Of a stretch of DNA of 64,000 nt, positions 12,669 to 24,891 are shown in pieces; positions within the stretch are counted from its first letter, which is position 1; the number at the start of each line of letters is the position of its first letter. The notes under the pieces are model-generated. The model searched no databases. It was not told the origin of the DNA and saw only the letters and a list, made by a program, of their open reading frames with translations. The DNA comes from Gekko japonicus. Its lineage: Eukaryota. The position numbers and the translations under genes are program-made. The DNA is taken from contig NW_015169789.1 of NCBI RefSeq assembly GCF_001447785.1, positions 197,858 to 261,857 of the forward strand, given 5' to 3'.

Positions 12669-13675
12669 GGTGGTATCATTCTCATGGTGTGATTATCCCT
12701 CAGGCCCAACTAATAAAGGCCTAATCTCTGGCCCGTTCTCTGTATCTTTTCTATTCTATCATATGTATATGAAAGATGCAAATCCCTGCATTTCACAAAT
12801 TGGGTGGCCTTTTTCTCGATTGATAACACTGCTCAAGTTTACTTTGTGTGTTTTAAATTACAATACATGCTCTTAAACTAAACTGCATTTTTGCAATGTA
12901 AGTTACCTGGAATGGTTCAACAGGCATAATTCTAAATTCTCTTACTGGAGAACCAGTGCTATGAAACTCAACTTGACTTTATTCTGAGTAAGTATGCACA
13001 GGATTAAGCTTAATAATAGGTTTTGTATTCTACTTATCAACTCCCTTAATTTTATTTGCTCCCCCAACACAAAACTGACACAGTACACCTAAAAATGCTC
13101 ATCAGTTCAGAAATATGACAATCTCAGGATTCCATAAGGAAAACCATGCCTGCCAAACTGGTTTCAATGCAGATCAATGTTGCAATGCAAATGTGGGAGA
13201 AGTACAACACAAAAGAAGCCACAGCAGTGGAAACAACATTCCTGCGTCTTTCCACACTTGTTTTTGAGGCCCAGACTCTGCTGGAATCACACACAACATA
13301 GTCCTCTTTCTACTGTATCTGAATTCTTGATATTAGCATAGTATTAGTATTCTGCTTCAGGTGCACAATCATTTGTGTAAAAGGAGTGGTAGTAGTAATA
13401 GTAGCAGTGGTTTAGGGTCATGCTTAAGTTGGTAGTGCAACCAGAGAGTTCTGTAAAGAAAACCAAAAGCAGAACAAAACAAAAATATGTGTGATTTACG
13501 GTTGCCAGCCCTGGGTTGGGAAATACCTGAAGATTGGGGGGGGGGGGAGTAAAGCGTGGGAGGGCGTGGGTTGGGGGAGGAGAGGGACATCAATGGTCTA
13601 TAATGCCATAGAGTCCACCTTCCAAAGCAGCCATTTTCTTCAGGTGAACTGATCTCTGTCGCCTGGAGATCAGTT

Positions 13676-13861
13676 CAATGTTCCCTCTAAGCTGTGGAGT
13701 TTTGTGAGCAAAACTTCTACTTTGTGAGCTACTGCCATTAAAGTTGTGAGTGAGCGATTTGGCTACAGCATAAATTAGTTTGCTCTGGAGCCCTCCTTCC
13801 TGAGCCAGAGGCTAAAAAACTGTGAGCTAGCTCATACTAACTCAGCTTAGAGGGAACACTG
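13676..13861 (-). mobile_element. hAT MITE (CAGTGTTCCCTCTAAGCTG TIR) nested in a Blackjack-like MITE (13499-13912)
   Basis: 19-bp TIRs; interrupts the gagatcagtt|gtaat motif of the host MITE; sister copy at 30652-30856. Confidence 0.85.
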
Positions 13862-14151
13862 GTTGTAATAGTGGAAGATCTCCAACCACCCTCTGGTGGT
13901 TGGCAGCCCTCGTATAATTCCTTCAGAGGATATTCAAAGTTTAATGCCTACTGACTGGGTTGTCATCAATTTAGAGACGTTTTTGTGGTTTGGGCCAGGA
14001 TTTGCATGCAGAGTATGGGAATGAGCCAGAGAAAGAAATACTAGAGTAACACATGTCCCTTGATTTCCTGGTTGATTTGGGAACTCCATCAACCTCTGCC
14101 TGCTGGATGGGCTGGTCCAACTGCCAGCAACAAAGAATGAAAAGAAATGGC

Positions 14152-14225
14152 CAGGGCCAGCTCCAGGGTTTTTTTGCACACTAGGCGAGGCTACCTTCTG
14201 CCCCCCCCTTGCGCCCACCAATTTT
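14152..14225 (+). mobile_element. Left end of a CAGGGCCGGCTC-type hAT element
   Basis: About 70 bp nearly identical to 56393-56467; no right end found. Confidence 0.7.
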
Positions 14226-14675
14226 CAAACATAAATGCATTTTAGGAAATGCTGCTGCTGCTGATGATGATGAACATGAGCAATGGCGTTGGTTATGATG
14301 TGATATGCCAGGCTTACTTTCTCCCCTCCCCCACAAACATCAAACCCCAACAGCGCACTGACTCCAATCTCACTTTAGTGCCAGTTCCTTTCCTCAAATT
14401 CTCAGAGAAACCCAAACACTCTCATTTGGCAAATGCAAGCCAATGCCAGGACTCACAGCAGAACCAAAGCTTCCAATTTCAGCACTGGAGCCAGCCTCCA
14501 GGTGGGACCTGGGGATCCCTGGAATTACAGCTCATTTCCAGTCTACAGAGATCAGTTTCCCTGGGGAAAAAACTGATGTTCTGGAGGGTGGACTCTATGG
14601 CATTGTGCCCCACTGAGGTCCCTGTCCTCCCCAGACTCCATTCCCAAATCTCCAGGAGTTTCCTAACCTGGACTG

Positions 14676-16698
14676 TGGTAATGAGTGTTTGTACGAAGTA
14701 CTTGATGTGATGTCATGTAGTTTATCACTGGTGCCCAAAACTGAAAATTTAGTGTGTCTGTTAGTGTTAAATGATTGAGAAAACTGACTTTGGTCTGTTA
14801 TTTTTGCCATAACGAATTGTTCCCACAATTTATCACACCACCCTTTAAGTGTTGGCGGGTTGGGGGACTTCCAGGAGGCAGCTATCGTTAATTTTGCCAT
14901 TGCCAGAAGTATTGATGTGAGGGTTTTTTGCCTCATCCTTGACCAAGTCGTCCCATTTATTTAGTAGCATGACTTCCGGCGTGCCTGAGATATCTTGAGA
15001 GGTGATTTCCTTAATACTAGATTTCACACTATTCCAAAATTGGAGAATCGTTGGGCAATTCCACCACCAGTGGAGGTAACTGCCCTCCTTCTCACACTTT
15101 TTCCAGCATAACGGGCTGTTGTTGCTATTGATTTTGTGCAATTGTGTTGGTGTTATACACCACTGTGATAACAGTTTAAAATTCTGAAGCCGTAAGTTAT
15201 AGATCATGGAGCTGTTCATTGGTGAGGTCCAAATTGTGGCCCAGTCTGGGTCCTGCCACTACTGGTTGAGGTCTTCCTCCCAGCGGAGTTGAATGTTTAA
15301 TTTTGCCGTTGTTAGAGCTTTGTAAATTTTAGACAATGTTCCTTTAGGTGAGGATGGGAAACCTTTAATTACTTTCTCTAGAGATGTCAGGTCTCTTTGG
15401 AATGTGCCAAGGTTTTCCAGTTGTTCCGTCAGGTTTTTCAGCTGTAGATATTGATACCATGGGGTTGGTGTCCCTTTTCTCTGGTCAAAATACTGTTTAC
15501 TCTGGATTCTACCGTGCACCATTAGATCAATCGGTCTAGTGAAGTTTGCTCTCGTGCAGATGTTGAATGCATTTGGGATCTTTCCATGTGGCAACCAAAC
15601 TTGATGGGTATATGTCCCAGATGGGAGGAGCTTCTTCTGAAGGTCCCATATTTTAATTGAGTTAGCTAGTAGCATGTTGTATCTGATAGTCTTCGGTCTA
15701 GTATTTGGCTTTAGCCAGAAAATTTCTTGGAGAGTAAAGGGAGCAGAGTACATTTCTTCTATCTCCATCCAAGGCGTCTGTAGTTCTGGGTGGAGCATCT
15801 GAATAACATGGGCCAGTGATGAAGCTTGGTAGTAACTGTTAAGATGTGGGAAGTCCAGGCCCCCCAAACAAGCGGGTCTATGTAGTATGTTCTGATTTAT
15901 TCTGGATTTTTTCCCCTCCCAGAGAAAACGTATTAACATGTTTTGCCAAGTAAGCAGGTCCTTCTTCAGTATGGTTATAGGAAGTATACGAAAGAGAAAA
16001 AGAAACTTTGGTACGCTGAAACTCTTTACCAAGTGAAGTCTGTCTGCCAGCGTTAGTAAGGTGTTGTTCCATTTTGCTATGTCCATTTTTATGTTCGCAT
16101 AAATTCTTTGATAGTTGTGTTTAAAGAGATTTTAAAGATTTAACGGTATGTATACCCCCAAGTGTCTCCAACAGTCCGTAATCCATTTGTAGTCAGCGCA
16201 CAGTTCTAAACTTGCTTCTGTGGTCTGAGTTAGCTTGATAGGATAGCCTTCTGATTTAGAATGGTTGATTTGGAGACCTGACACAGCCGAGTAAGAGGCC
16301 AGCATTTGGTTTAATGTGTGGATGGATTGAATCTGGCCCGTAGCTACCGTGGGGCCCACGGGGACCGGCCCCCTAGTCTTTCTTCTGGGCCCCCTCCTTC
16401 CCGGGCCGCCCCCAAAGTGCCCCAACTTGCCGTCTGCATTGTGCTTTGATTTAATTAGCTGGCGCCCCACCTGAGGCCCCCTCCCAAAAAATTCCCTAGC
16501 TACGGGGCTAGATTGAATAGGGTTTGAGATATACATTGTGAGGTCGTCTGCATATAAACTGATTTTATGCTCCAAACCTTTAATGCTGAGACCTGTGATG
16601 GAGGAGTTAGACCTAAGTTTTTCTGCTAAAGGTTCTATTGCCCATGCAAAGATCAGTGGGGATAAGGGGCAGCCTTGTCTCGTTCCTCTAGCAAGATT
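14676..16698 (-). mobile_element. Decayed L1-clade ORF2 fragment
   Basis: RGTRQGCPLSP, SLYADD, GGLDFPHL..YY, CWKKC..EGSYLHWWWNC; several frameshifts. Confidence 0.92.
16333..16510. mobile_element. 178-bp hAT MITE inserted in the L1 RT region
   Basis: Ends ctggcccgtagcta...tagctacggggcta; perfect 8-bp TSD GATTGAAT (16325-16332, 16511-16518). Confidence 0.88.
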
Positions 16699-17179
16699 GA
16701 GCTACAGCCATGACTCTCGAGCGAAGTGGGGAGCAGTGTCATGGGGAGCAGTGTGCGTTGTGGTGCTGCTCGGGAGTGATGCGGGACGTGTTGGCGGCTT
16801 CCACTGGATCGGTGCTCGGTGCTGTGCTGGATGAAGAGTCAGGCTCGCTCATCGGGATCCCACCTTCATCGCCAGTATGAAGTACTGAGACTCATGTATG
16901 TAGAAGTGATTTCAGCTCATACTTTATTATGTACAGTATAACTTGAGATACTTAATCTGGCCCGAGGCCGGCTTATATCCACATAGCAAACCACACCCCA
17001 AACACCCCCCCACACCCATGATAGGCTATTTACAGTGTCCCCCAGTCCCATAGGTCCCTCCTTGGATCCTAGCCATCCGATAGGTGCACGCTAGGATCCG
17101 TTTGGAAACAAAGTTTGGGCCCTTCGCATGGCCACATGTGCGGCGTGACCATGTGCGCCATCTCGCTGGGTACACAACA
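16699..17179 (-). mobile_element. Gypsy fragment: complete LTR (16876-17179), PBS and leader up to the gag ATG; related to the 35979-40565 element
   Basis: LTR begins TGTTGTGTAC and ends gtacttcata; PBS TGGCGATGAAGGTGGGAT; leader aligns with 36125-36295. Confidence 0.88.
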
Positions 17180-20100
17180 CAAAATCTATTCCCCTGGAGA
17201 AATAGGATGGACTCTTAGTGTTATACCCCACTGATGTCCTTCTCCAAGCCCCTTTGTCCCCATGATCTCCCCCACATCTCCAGGAATTTCCCACCTTGGA
17301 AACCCTACACTCAGTGTATAGAAATCTCTGCAGATGCTCCTGCTATCTGCCTTCCTTGCCATCCTGGGCCAACTATATGGGCACATATTTCCATTGGCTG
17401 TTCTAACTTGTCCTGAGGGTCACAACCTGGACAAAAACAGGGGCTGAAGAGCAGCAGAGAGAACAAGAAAGGGAGATTTACCGTAAATACCCAGCTGTGA
17501 TTCAGTCCTTTCCTGAGCTTCGCTGGGAAGTGGTGAGTGAGGAAATTCAAGCACAAGGATGAACAGTCATTGAATAATGGGAAGCCGTGGGCTCCTCCCT
17601 TCACTGTGGGGTATTCCTGACTCAGCCCAAACCAAGCAGAAATACACAGCTAAGAGTAGGAATTGTGTTCAGCTGGGAACTATCCAGTCCTTTGATTGGG
17701 AAGCAACAAACCACTGTAATTATGCCACAGTTACAAATGTTTCTATCAGTCATGTATGCCATACATTTTGTGGCTTCCCGTCGTGCCTGAATTTCAGATA
17801 GGGACACACAATGGCAACAACAGTTCTGGATTAATTAACAGACGTCAAAGTTGCAACCTTGTATATGTAGCACTAGCTGTAGTACCCTGAATGATTGGTC
17901 ACTGCTGCCAAGGGAACTCTGTGCTGGATCACTTAGCAGTCAGCTGAAGCACAAAGCCCTGGTCTTGATCATAAGTGGCTTCCCAGAATATTTAGGCTTT
18001 GGTGTAGGTTGTACTAATCTGAACACCATTTCACCACTCTTATAATCCTTCAAGTTTTCTTGAAATATTGTTTCATTGTTTTCGTTCCCACATAGCACGC
18101 TTCCTGGCAAGTTGTGCCTTGTTTACAGTACATATAGTGCTTCCTCCTCCAGTAATAACTTGGATCTTTTTTTTTCTTTGTTGGCTGGCTTAGTGGTGTT
18201 CTTTTTTTTTTTAAATTGTGCAAGATTTGTGCATGGCCATAAGTTTGATTCCTCCTATAAATGGTAAAGATTCAGAGAAAAGGTTGAAATGGTCTTTTAG
18301 CTGGGATTGCTAAATATGCAGGCATGTGCAGTACTGGGGGAGAACTCTTGAACAAAAGATCTCTGTTAGGAGAATGGCTAAATATGTGGGCATGTGCAAA
18401 ATTAGGAAAAATTAAACATTAGATAAAGGCAGAGGTTTTTGCTACGGTTGGGCTGGGCTGGGAGGAGTTCTGAAATGAAATGCCACCCCCACAAAATGTT
18501 GCAACATCTATCTTATGTAGTGTGAGGTTGGTACTGTCTTGAGAGGTATTTATTTTCCTGTTCAACAAATAATATCAGATCACAAAGATATGTTAAAACC
18601 AGATGTAGCCTTCTTAACCTACTACAGCGGTATTCCAGTGCAAACCTAAGGCTGTTCCAGAGCTGCTTTAGGATGACAACTGAGACCTCATCTTATCGTA
18701 TCTCAAAGATACACATATGTGGAGATATTCTAGTGTTATATGAACATAGTCTTATGCTGGTGTAACTGTGGTACTGGGGTACTTATGTTATCATAGTGGC
18801 CAGAAATGTCTAGTGCTGGGGAGTGTGCTGGTGTTGGTATGTATTTGTGGATTGGCTTCTTCTATGCATGGCTAACATGGTGATGTCATTGTCATGCTAC
18901 TGCATGATTGGTGGCTGTTGATGTCACTATGGACTCATGCTGTAGAGTTGTTGTTTCTTTTTTAAAAACCCTACCATTTCCTTGCTGCAAGACTATGGCA
19001 CGCCACCTTGGCTAGCTTTAGGATTGCACTGTAAAAGACAGATATGTTTAAAATGGTCATGGCGGACATGCCTTAAGTATATTGGATCAATAAAGTGACT
19101 GTGGCTGCAGAGAGGAGGGCAGATAGCTGCAGGAACTAAGGGCAAGTGTGAATATTGGACAACTGTCATATTATATTTAAATAAAGTCAGGGAGATCATG
19201 ACCCTTTGGGATGGATGTAGGCTGTTCAGACATCTTCACTAAGAAAGCAAAGGCCTTCTACCACGCCCCTGTCATATGAATTTACTTTGCAGAAGGTAGG
19301 ACTACGATAGGGGCCAGCCAGCACATTCACAAAAGCATTTGTATTTGGACAGACTTTAAAACTAGGTCTGCAGCAGGTCAGAATCAAGCTGCCCTATCCC
19401 TTCCTCTGCTACTAATCTGTACAAAATCAAGAAAGGTAGTTTTTGCATGTGTATATCTCTGTTTGAATTTCTTCTCAACCTTCACCACCAAATCCACCAC
19501 AATCATGCCCTTCTGAATTCCATGTTCTGCTCCTGTCACATGGTGGGTGGGTTCACATGGGCCATTCCTCATGACATTTAAACTTGCAGAGTTTTAAGGC
19601 CTTAGCTTCTGTCCTCCTAACTGATGTTTCTTTTCCTGGTAACAGAAAAGTGGGTGGACACACAGTCATTTCAGCCCACACAAAAGTTTCAGTTGCCTTT
19701 TCCTTGAATCCTCTGCATACTATTCCTGAAAAAACTTGAGTTTTACCCCATCCCATTATTGGGTAATACTGTTCATTTCTCTTAGATTTATTTTCACAAC
19801 TTCCTGTCTGAAGGATGGATATTTCTGTGTTATGAAATGGCCTGTCTGAGCCATGACAGTGTACCTAAGAAGAACTGATTGTTGGCTCTGCCGTGGAGGG
19901 TAAATTCACACAAGCCATGCCACAGCATCAAATGTGGCTTGCAAAAATCTTTATTTAGCTGCTCCTTTGAGCTGTCATCCAATTTAGGCTGTCACCTGAT
20001 TAAAGACACCTTAGCTGATTAATTGGATCTATTTTAGTGGATTAGTTGAATAATTAATGGATTAGATTTATTTACCTGAGACTCAGCAAGAAAGATGGGC

Positions 20101-20459
20101 TATAAAGTTAATAATTCATAGCCCACCTTTCTTGCTGAGACTCAAGGCGGATTTCTATACAACTGTATTATATGAGTAAACAATAATTCTGAAGGGAAAA
20201 AAATAATTTGTTTTTATATTAGACATACATATCACAAGAGACACCATTTTAGGTGAGCTATTTCCTTCTATTAGAAAGATGGGGACTGCCTTCTCCAAGA
20301 TGATATTTGACTGTTTTGTAACTACTTAAAGGGCAAATAGTTACCATTAAGAAAACTCTACTGCCTGATGAATTGAAAGAATAATCAAAAGGTTTTAACT
20401 GATTAATCTAATTAACCGGCCAAAATTGCATTGCTAAATATGATTGATGTTAAAGTCTT

Positions 20460-21730
20460 TTTTTGTTGTTGTTTAAAAGCTTTATTTCCTCTCCTAAAAA
20501 GGAGAGATATTTCGCTTAATTAGAAAAGGGGAGGGTATATAGTGGGATCAAGAGAAAGGTGAGTGATGTTTTAACTGGTAAAGTTAAACTGTTAGTAATA
20601 TTAAAATTTTCTTCTTTGGCTTCTTCTGCATGTTGTCAAACTTCTTTTTTCACACCGGTTGTCTGTGTTAGTATATTAGTAGTGTCCCAATGGTACTCCG
20701 CTAGCAAAGTCTTTTCCAACGATTTTTAAAACAATCATCTACGGGCTGACTTCTTTTAATCTCCAAATTCAGGCAGGAACTTCCTCGATTTAGTCCTCTC
20801 CGGTTTCTCGGCTCCTCCTCTGGGTCGCTTCCGCTGTTTGTTTGCAAACTGCAAATGCCATAAGCCTTGCTCTCTCGTGCCTCTTCAAAAGGTCTCTGGC
20901 TTTGAGAATGGTTTTCTCCTTTTTCCATCTCTCGCTTATATGTTTAAACGCTGCCATTCTCTTAGCTGGACCTTCTCTCCGCAACTGTTGACTTATAAAA
21001 GCGCTTTTTAGGGCACCTTCTCGCTTGTCACAGCTCAATTCTTTTCTCACAGTCCCAGTCAAGGTCACAGTCACACGCAATCTGTTTATTTAACAGCCGG
21101 CACAACAAAAGATGAAACGCCTACACCGGAAGCTCCTCCTTTCTTGTTCGCTAATTTCAGCTCCGACATCTTGCATCTTGCTTTTTTTGTTTACTTTTAT
21201 TTAAGTTCAAATAGCGCTTTTTTAAGACAAAAATCTTCTAGCCTCTTCTCACCATGCACCAAAAGGGACCACTTCTCTTTTCAGATTCTATTCCCCCCCC
21301 CTTTTCTTCGCTCAAAATCTCTGTTTGCGGGAGAGGGGGTTTCCCCTCCTCCTCCCTTAAATCTTTTCGCTGGGGGGGGGGAGCGCGCTTAAGTCTTTTT
21401 CTCGATGTCTGACAACTCAGTTTCAGCCGCTTTTTTTCTTTTTCGCTGTTTGTTCGCTTCATCACTCGGTGACCACAGGCGGCTCCGCTAAACCCCATAC
21501 GGGGTCGCTTACGCGGCAAGGTCCATTGGGGCATGGCGGGGAGGCTCAGTTTCTGACCTTTCGGCCGAGAAAGAGACTCCCGCCTACGCGCCCCGAGTCG
21601 GAGCCCCTCTTTCTGGGGCTCGTCTGGGTCTCCGCTTGCGCGGATTCCCCCCTCGACCGCGGGCGGGCGAGACGCCCTCGGGAGCGACCCGAGGATGCGT
21701 CTGCCATTCGCGGGAGCCAGACCGGAAGTC
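20460..21730 (-). mobile_element. 1271-bp non-autonomous retroposon with L1 insertion hallmarks
   Basis: Perfect 17-bp TSD ATTGATGTTAAAGTCTT (20443-20459, 21731-21747); minus-strand AATAAA (20481-20486) plus A-rich tail; CpG-rich 5' end beginning GACTTCCGG. Confidence 0.85.
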
Positions 21731-21848
21731 ATTGATGTTAAAGTCTTAAGCATGGTGTTAGATGAGCTGAATGAGAGAGACAGAGAGCACTGATGTTCTA
21801 CAGAGCTGACACATGATGTCCTAGTTAGGCACTGATAACCACTGGAAT

Positions 21849-21868
21849 TGTGTGTGTGTGTGTGTGTG
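21849..21868. repeat. (TG)n microsatellite
   Basis: about 10 TG units. Confidence 0.9.
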
Positions 21869-23229
21869 TATGTGTTTGTCATGTTGTTTCTGAACTTCCA
21901 CACACTCCCTCACATGCACCCTGATCTAACACTTTCTGTGTGTTTTGCATTGTTTTTCTTACTCTTCTTCGATTATTGGGAAGTTCAGAACAGTGTTTTT
22001 AGGGCCCGTGTCTTTTCAAGAAGAGAGCACTGGAGATGGGGGAAAACACATCTCTTTACAACTGCTCAGGTTGAAAAGGAAGGGGTGGTGGTATTCTCTT
22101 TGAACAGCACAGTGAAACGAATGTTCTCCCTGATGCCATTCATCTTTAAGGGGTGGATGGTGATCCCAGAGAACTGGATTGTACCAATTCCTAAAGGAAA
22201 TTAGAAGGGAAAAAGTCAAAGAGAAGGAAAAAGAGAAAGGAAAGGAGAGACTGACAGTAAGAAAGAAAGCATTTAAAAATGGACCCTTGTTTCAGGTGTC
22301 ATTAAAAGTCTCAGAGGTAGAACAGTTGAAGCCTGCTGACCTGTACCTTCCAGCTAATGTCTCCAATTCCTAGGAAATGTGTGCATTCTATAGGCAGCTG
22401 AGAATACATTATAAGATCTCCTTTCTTTCTTGGTTAAACAGGGTCCTTCTAGACATTTAAAATAGTGGCTTGTGATCAGATCAGCAACAACTGTCTCTCC
22501 ACTGATCAAAATATTCTCCATGAAAACATAATGGCTAAGATTTCTTTTTCAATCACAGTGCATTGGCAGTAAATTTAAATAATTTCCCTTTTAGACACCT
22601 CTGGGAACAACACAGACACACTGCAATGCTTTTCATTATGTGTGATGCTTTCTCATACAACACCCCTAAAGGAACTATTTGTTTGTGAAAGGATTACATT
22701 AATTTTATTTGTTCCTTCCAGGAGACTTTGCACAAGTTAGGCACAAAACCTATAGCCAGTTCTGTACAAATTCATTATGGGATACAAAGGTAAACAGGAT
22801 AATGGATACATGATTCAGTTCACTTTGAACATCAGCTTTCTCCTTGTTTGTTGAATTTGCAGTGTGATTCAGGTGTGCTTGTGGTGAGCCATTCATTCTA
22901 TGATGAGTGAAAGGATAGCCAAACAGTCCTGTATCCTTTGGCAAGTTTCTGCTTTGCTTTTTCAGAACAGGAGGTGTCAGGAACTGGTTAATTCTGTAAA
23001 GCACCAGATAAGAACTGGGCATCCTGCATGTTGTGGAGATTCTTTCCTGCTGGGACAGAGCATTTCCTGCCTACTGAACCATGGCTACGGCTTAATGACT
23101 CTGTTCTGCCAGGCTGGTCCACCTGCCCTCTTATCCAGTAAACCGTTTAAGTGGAAGCCTTGAAATTTACCATTCGCGGTTCTGGTAGAGAAGCAAGGAA
23201 AGGAACTGTAAGTGACACATTAATTTAGT

Positions 23230-24500
23230 TCCTTATGTAAGGCAGAACTGTAGATGTTTCTGGGGAAAGCATGCAGCTTGTGAAACTTCTGCTTAAGATC
23301 TGATGCTGGTCCAGCTCGTCATTGCTGCCTGGGGGATGTTCCAAGAAACCGCTGCATTCACAAAGCTTCCCGGACTTTTTTGAATCAGTGATTGATTGCA
23401 GCAGTGTGTCGTATCCTGAAGCAACTGGGGAGGGGGAGGGATAACTGGAGGTTGAACAGAGAGCCTGAAATCCCAGACCAGTAGGCTGAGATAGGGCTGG
23501 CATATGGAACACAAATTAGAAGAGTTTGCCGTTTTTTACAAATCAAACAGCCTGGAGCAGTGGGAGAGGGTAGACGCTGCCCTTTTCAGTGACTCTTTGT
23601 GGTTAACCGTGAATGTCCTGTTGGGAATCCCATGACAGCCATCTAAGGCTTGTTTTGTTTGTCAGGCAAGCCGTATAAGTATTTTGGCCTGTTCCTTGGA
23701 AGAAGTCAGTCAGTACCAAGTGACTGGATCCCTAGTGTGCCAGACTGTCCAGGCTGAGTGCCCTCAGAGGGCCTAGGCGTCAAGAGACCCACACCTCTCC
23801 CCTCAAGTCGGCTCCTCTGTTTGCTCTCCCCTGCCCCCCATCTATTCATTTCCACGAAACAAGCAGGCCTCTTCACAAAGTTTCCATGAATGCTAGCGGG
23901 CCTCCCCCCCCCCCCCTCCCCCCCCGGCAGCTCGAGTTAGGGAGAAAGAAGGCCTCTCATTTCCTGGCACAAGCCAAAGAATAAACAGTGATATTCCAGC
24001 CTTTAATCCCGTTGCTGTGGAGACCCAGATCCCGGCGAGGGAGGCGAGGGGGTGTGCCGCCCAGGATCAGATGGCATTGACGCTCGGGATGCGCTTCGGC
24101 GGGGCCTGGCCCGGCGCCAGGCGCTTGACTCCGCCTGGACATTCTTGACATAGCTCCGACTTGACTGGGAATCAGTGTTTCCTGGCAGGGCCGGGACAAT
24201 AGGCCAGAGGGGCCGGACGGGGGCAGGGCCAGGAGCCTGCGCAGCTTCCCTCCTCTCCCTCCCGTCGGAGCCGCTCGCGGGAGGCGCAAGGAGGAGGGGG
24301 ATTGCTACAGCCCTTTTGGATAAAGCGGGCAGGACTCAGCCCCCAGGACCTGGCGCCCTCGCTTGCTTCCCCGAAACAGCCCCACCCCAGAAGGCTGCCC
24401 CTTCCCTCGTGACTTTTAACGGTCGCAGGCAGAAATTCAACTGGAAGAGTTATCTTCGCCATAGAGAAGCGGGGTTGGGTTCTGGGGGAAACTCCATGGG
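23230..24500. promoter_or_regulatory. Candidate STAT/NF-kB enhancer with CpG-rich core downstream of SOCS3
   Basis: TTCNNNGAA at 23339, 23850, 23882 and 24367; TTCN4GAA at 23258 and 23692; GGGAATCCC at 23623; CpG-rich 23900-24480; no TE hallmarks recognised. Confidence 0.5.
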
Positions 24501-24675
24501 GTGAATTGCTGCCCGTTGTTCCATATTTAAAGGAGTGGGAAGGCTGTCAAAAATAAAAAATGACGTCTCTATTCCCTCTGCCAAGCCCACGGGAAACAGA
24601 TTGCTTTGAGGCTGAATTTGGGGGGGGGGGGGCTCTATCGTTTTTCGTTTTTCGAGAAGGGGTTTCCCCCCCCCC

Positions 24676-24891
24676 CAGTGCGGATTTACGCATAAGCTAA
24701 ATAAGCTACAGCTTAGGGCCTCGCAATCTGCTGGGGCCTCAAATAAAAACACAATATAAAAAATGATTTCAAATATTAAAAAGGCGTATATATTTTAAAT
24801 TTTTCTGAGACCAGCTGATGTAATTTAAAACAGTAGGGGGCCTCTGGGTTTTGTATAGCTTAGGGCCTCAGCAAGTCTAAATCCGGCCCTG
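24676..24891. mobile_element. hAT MITE (CAGGGCCGGATTTA-type)
   Basis: Ends cagtgcggattta...taaatccggccctg; subterminal gcttagggcct repeats; TSD weak. Confidence 0.7.

Noticed and set aside
14400-14500. Captured exon (LAPVLKLEALVL|gtgagt, minus strand) behind the hAT left end
   Set aside because: Too short to assign, and no right TIR or TSD was found to show it is cargo.
21238-21903. 221-aa basic ORF as a novel gene or an L1 ORF1
   Set aside because: It starts outside the TSD in a microsatellite, crosses the element boundary and has no recognisable domain.
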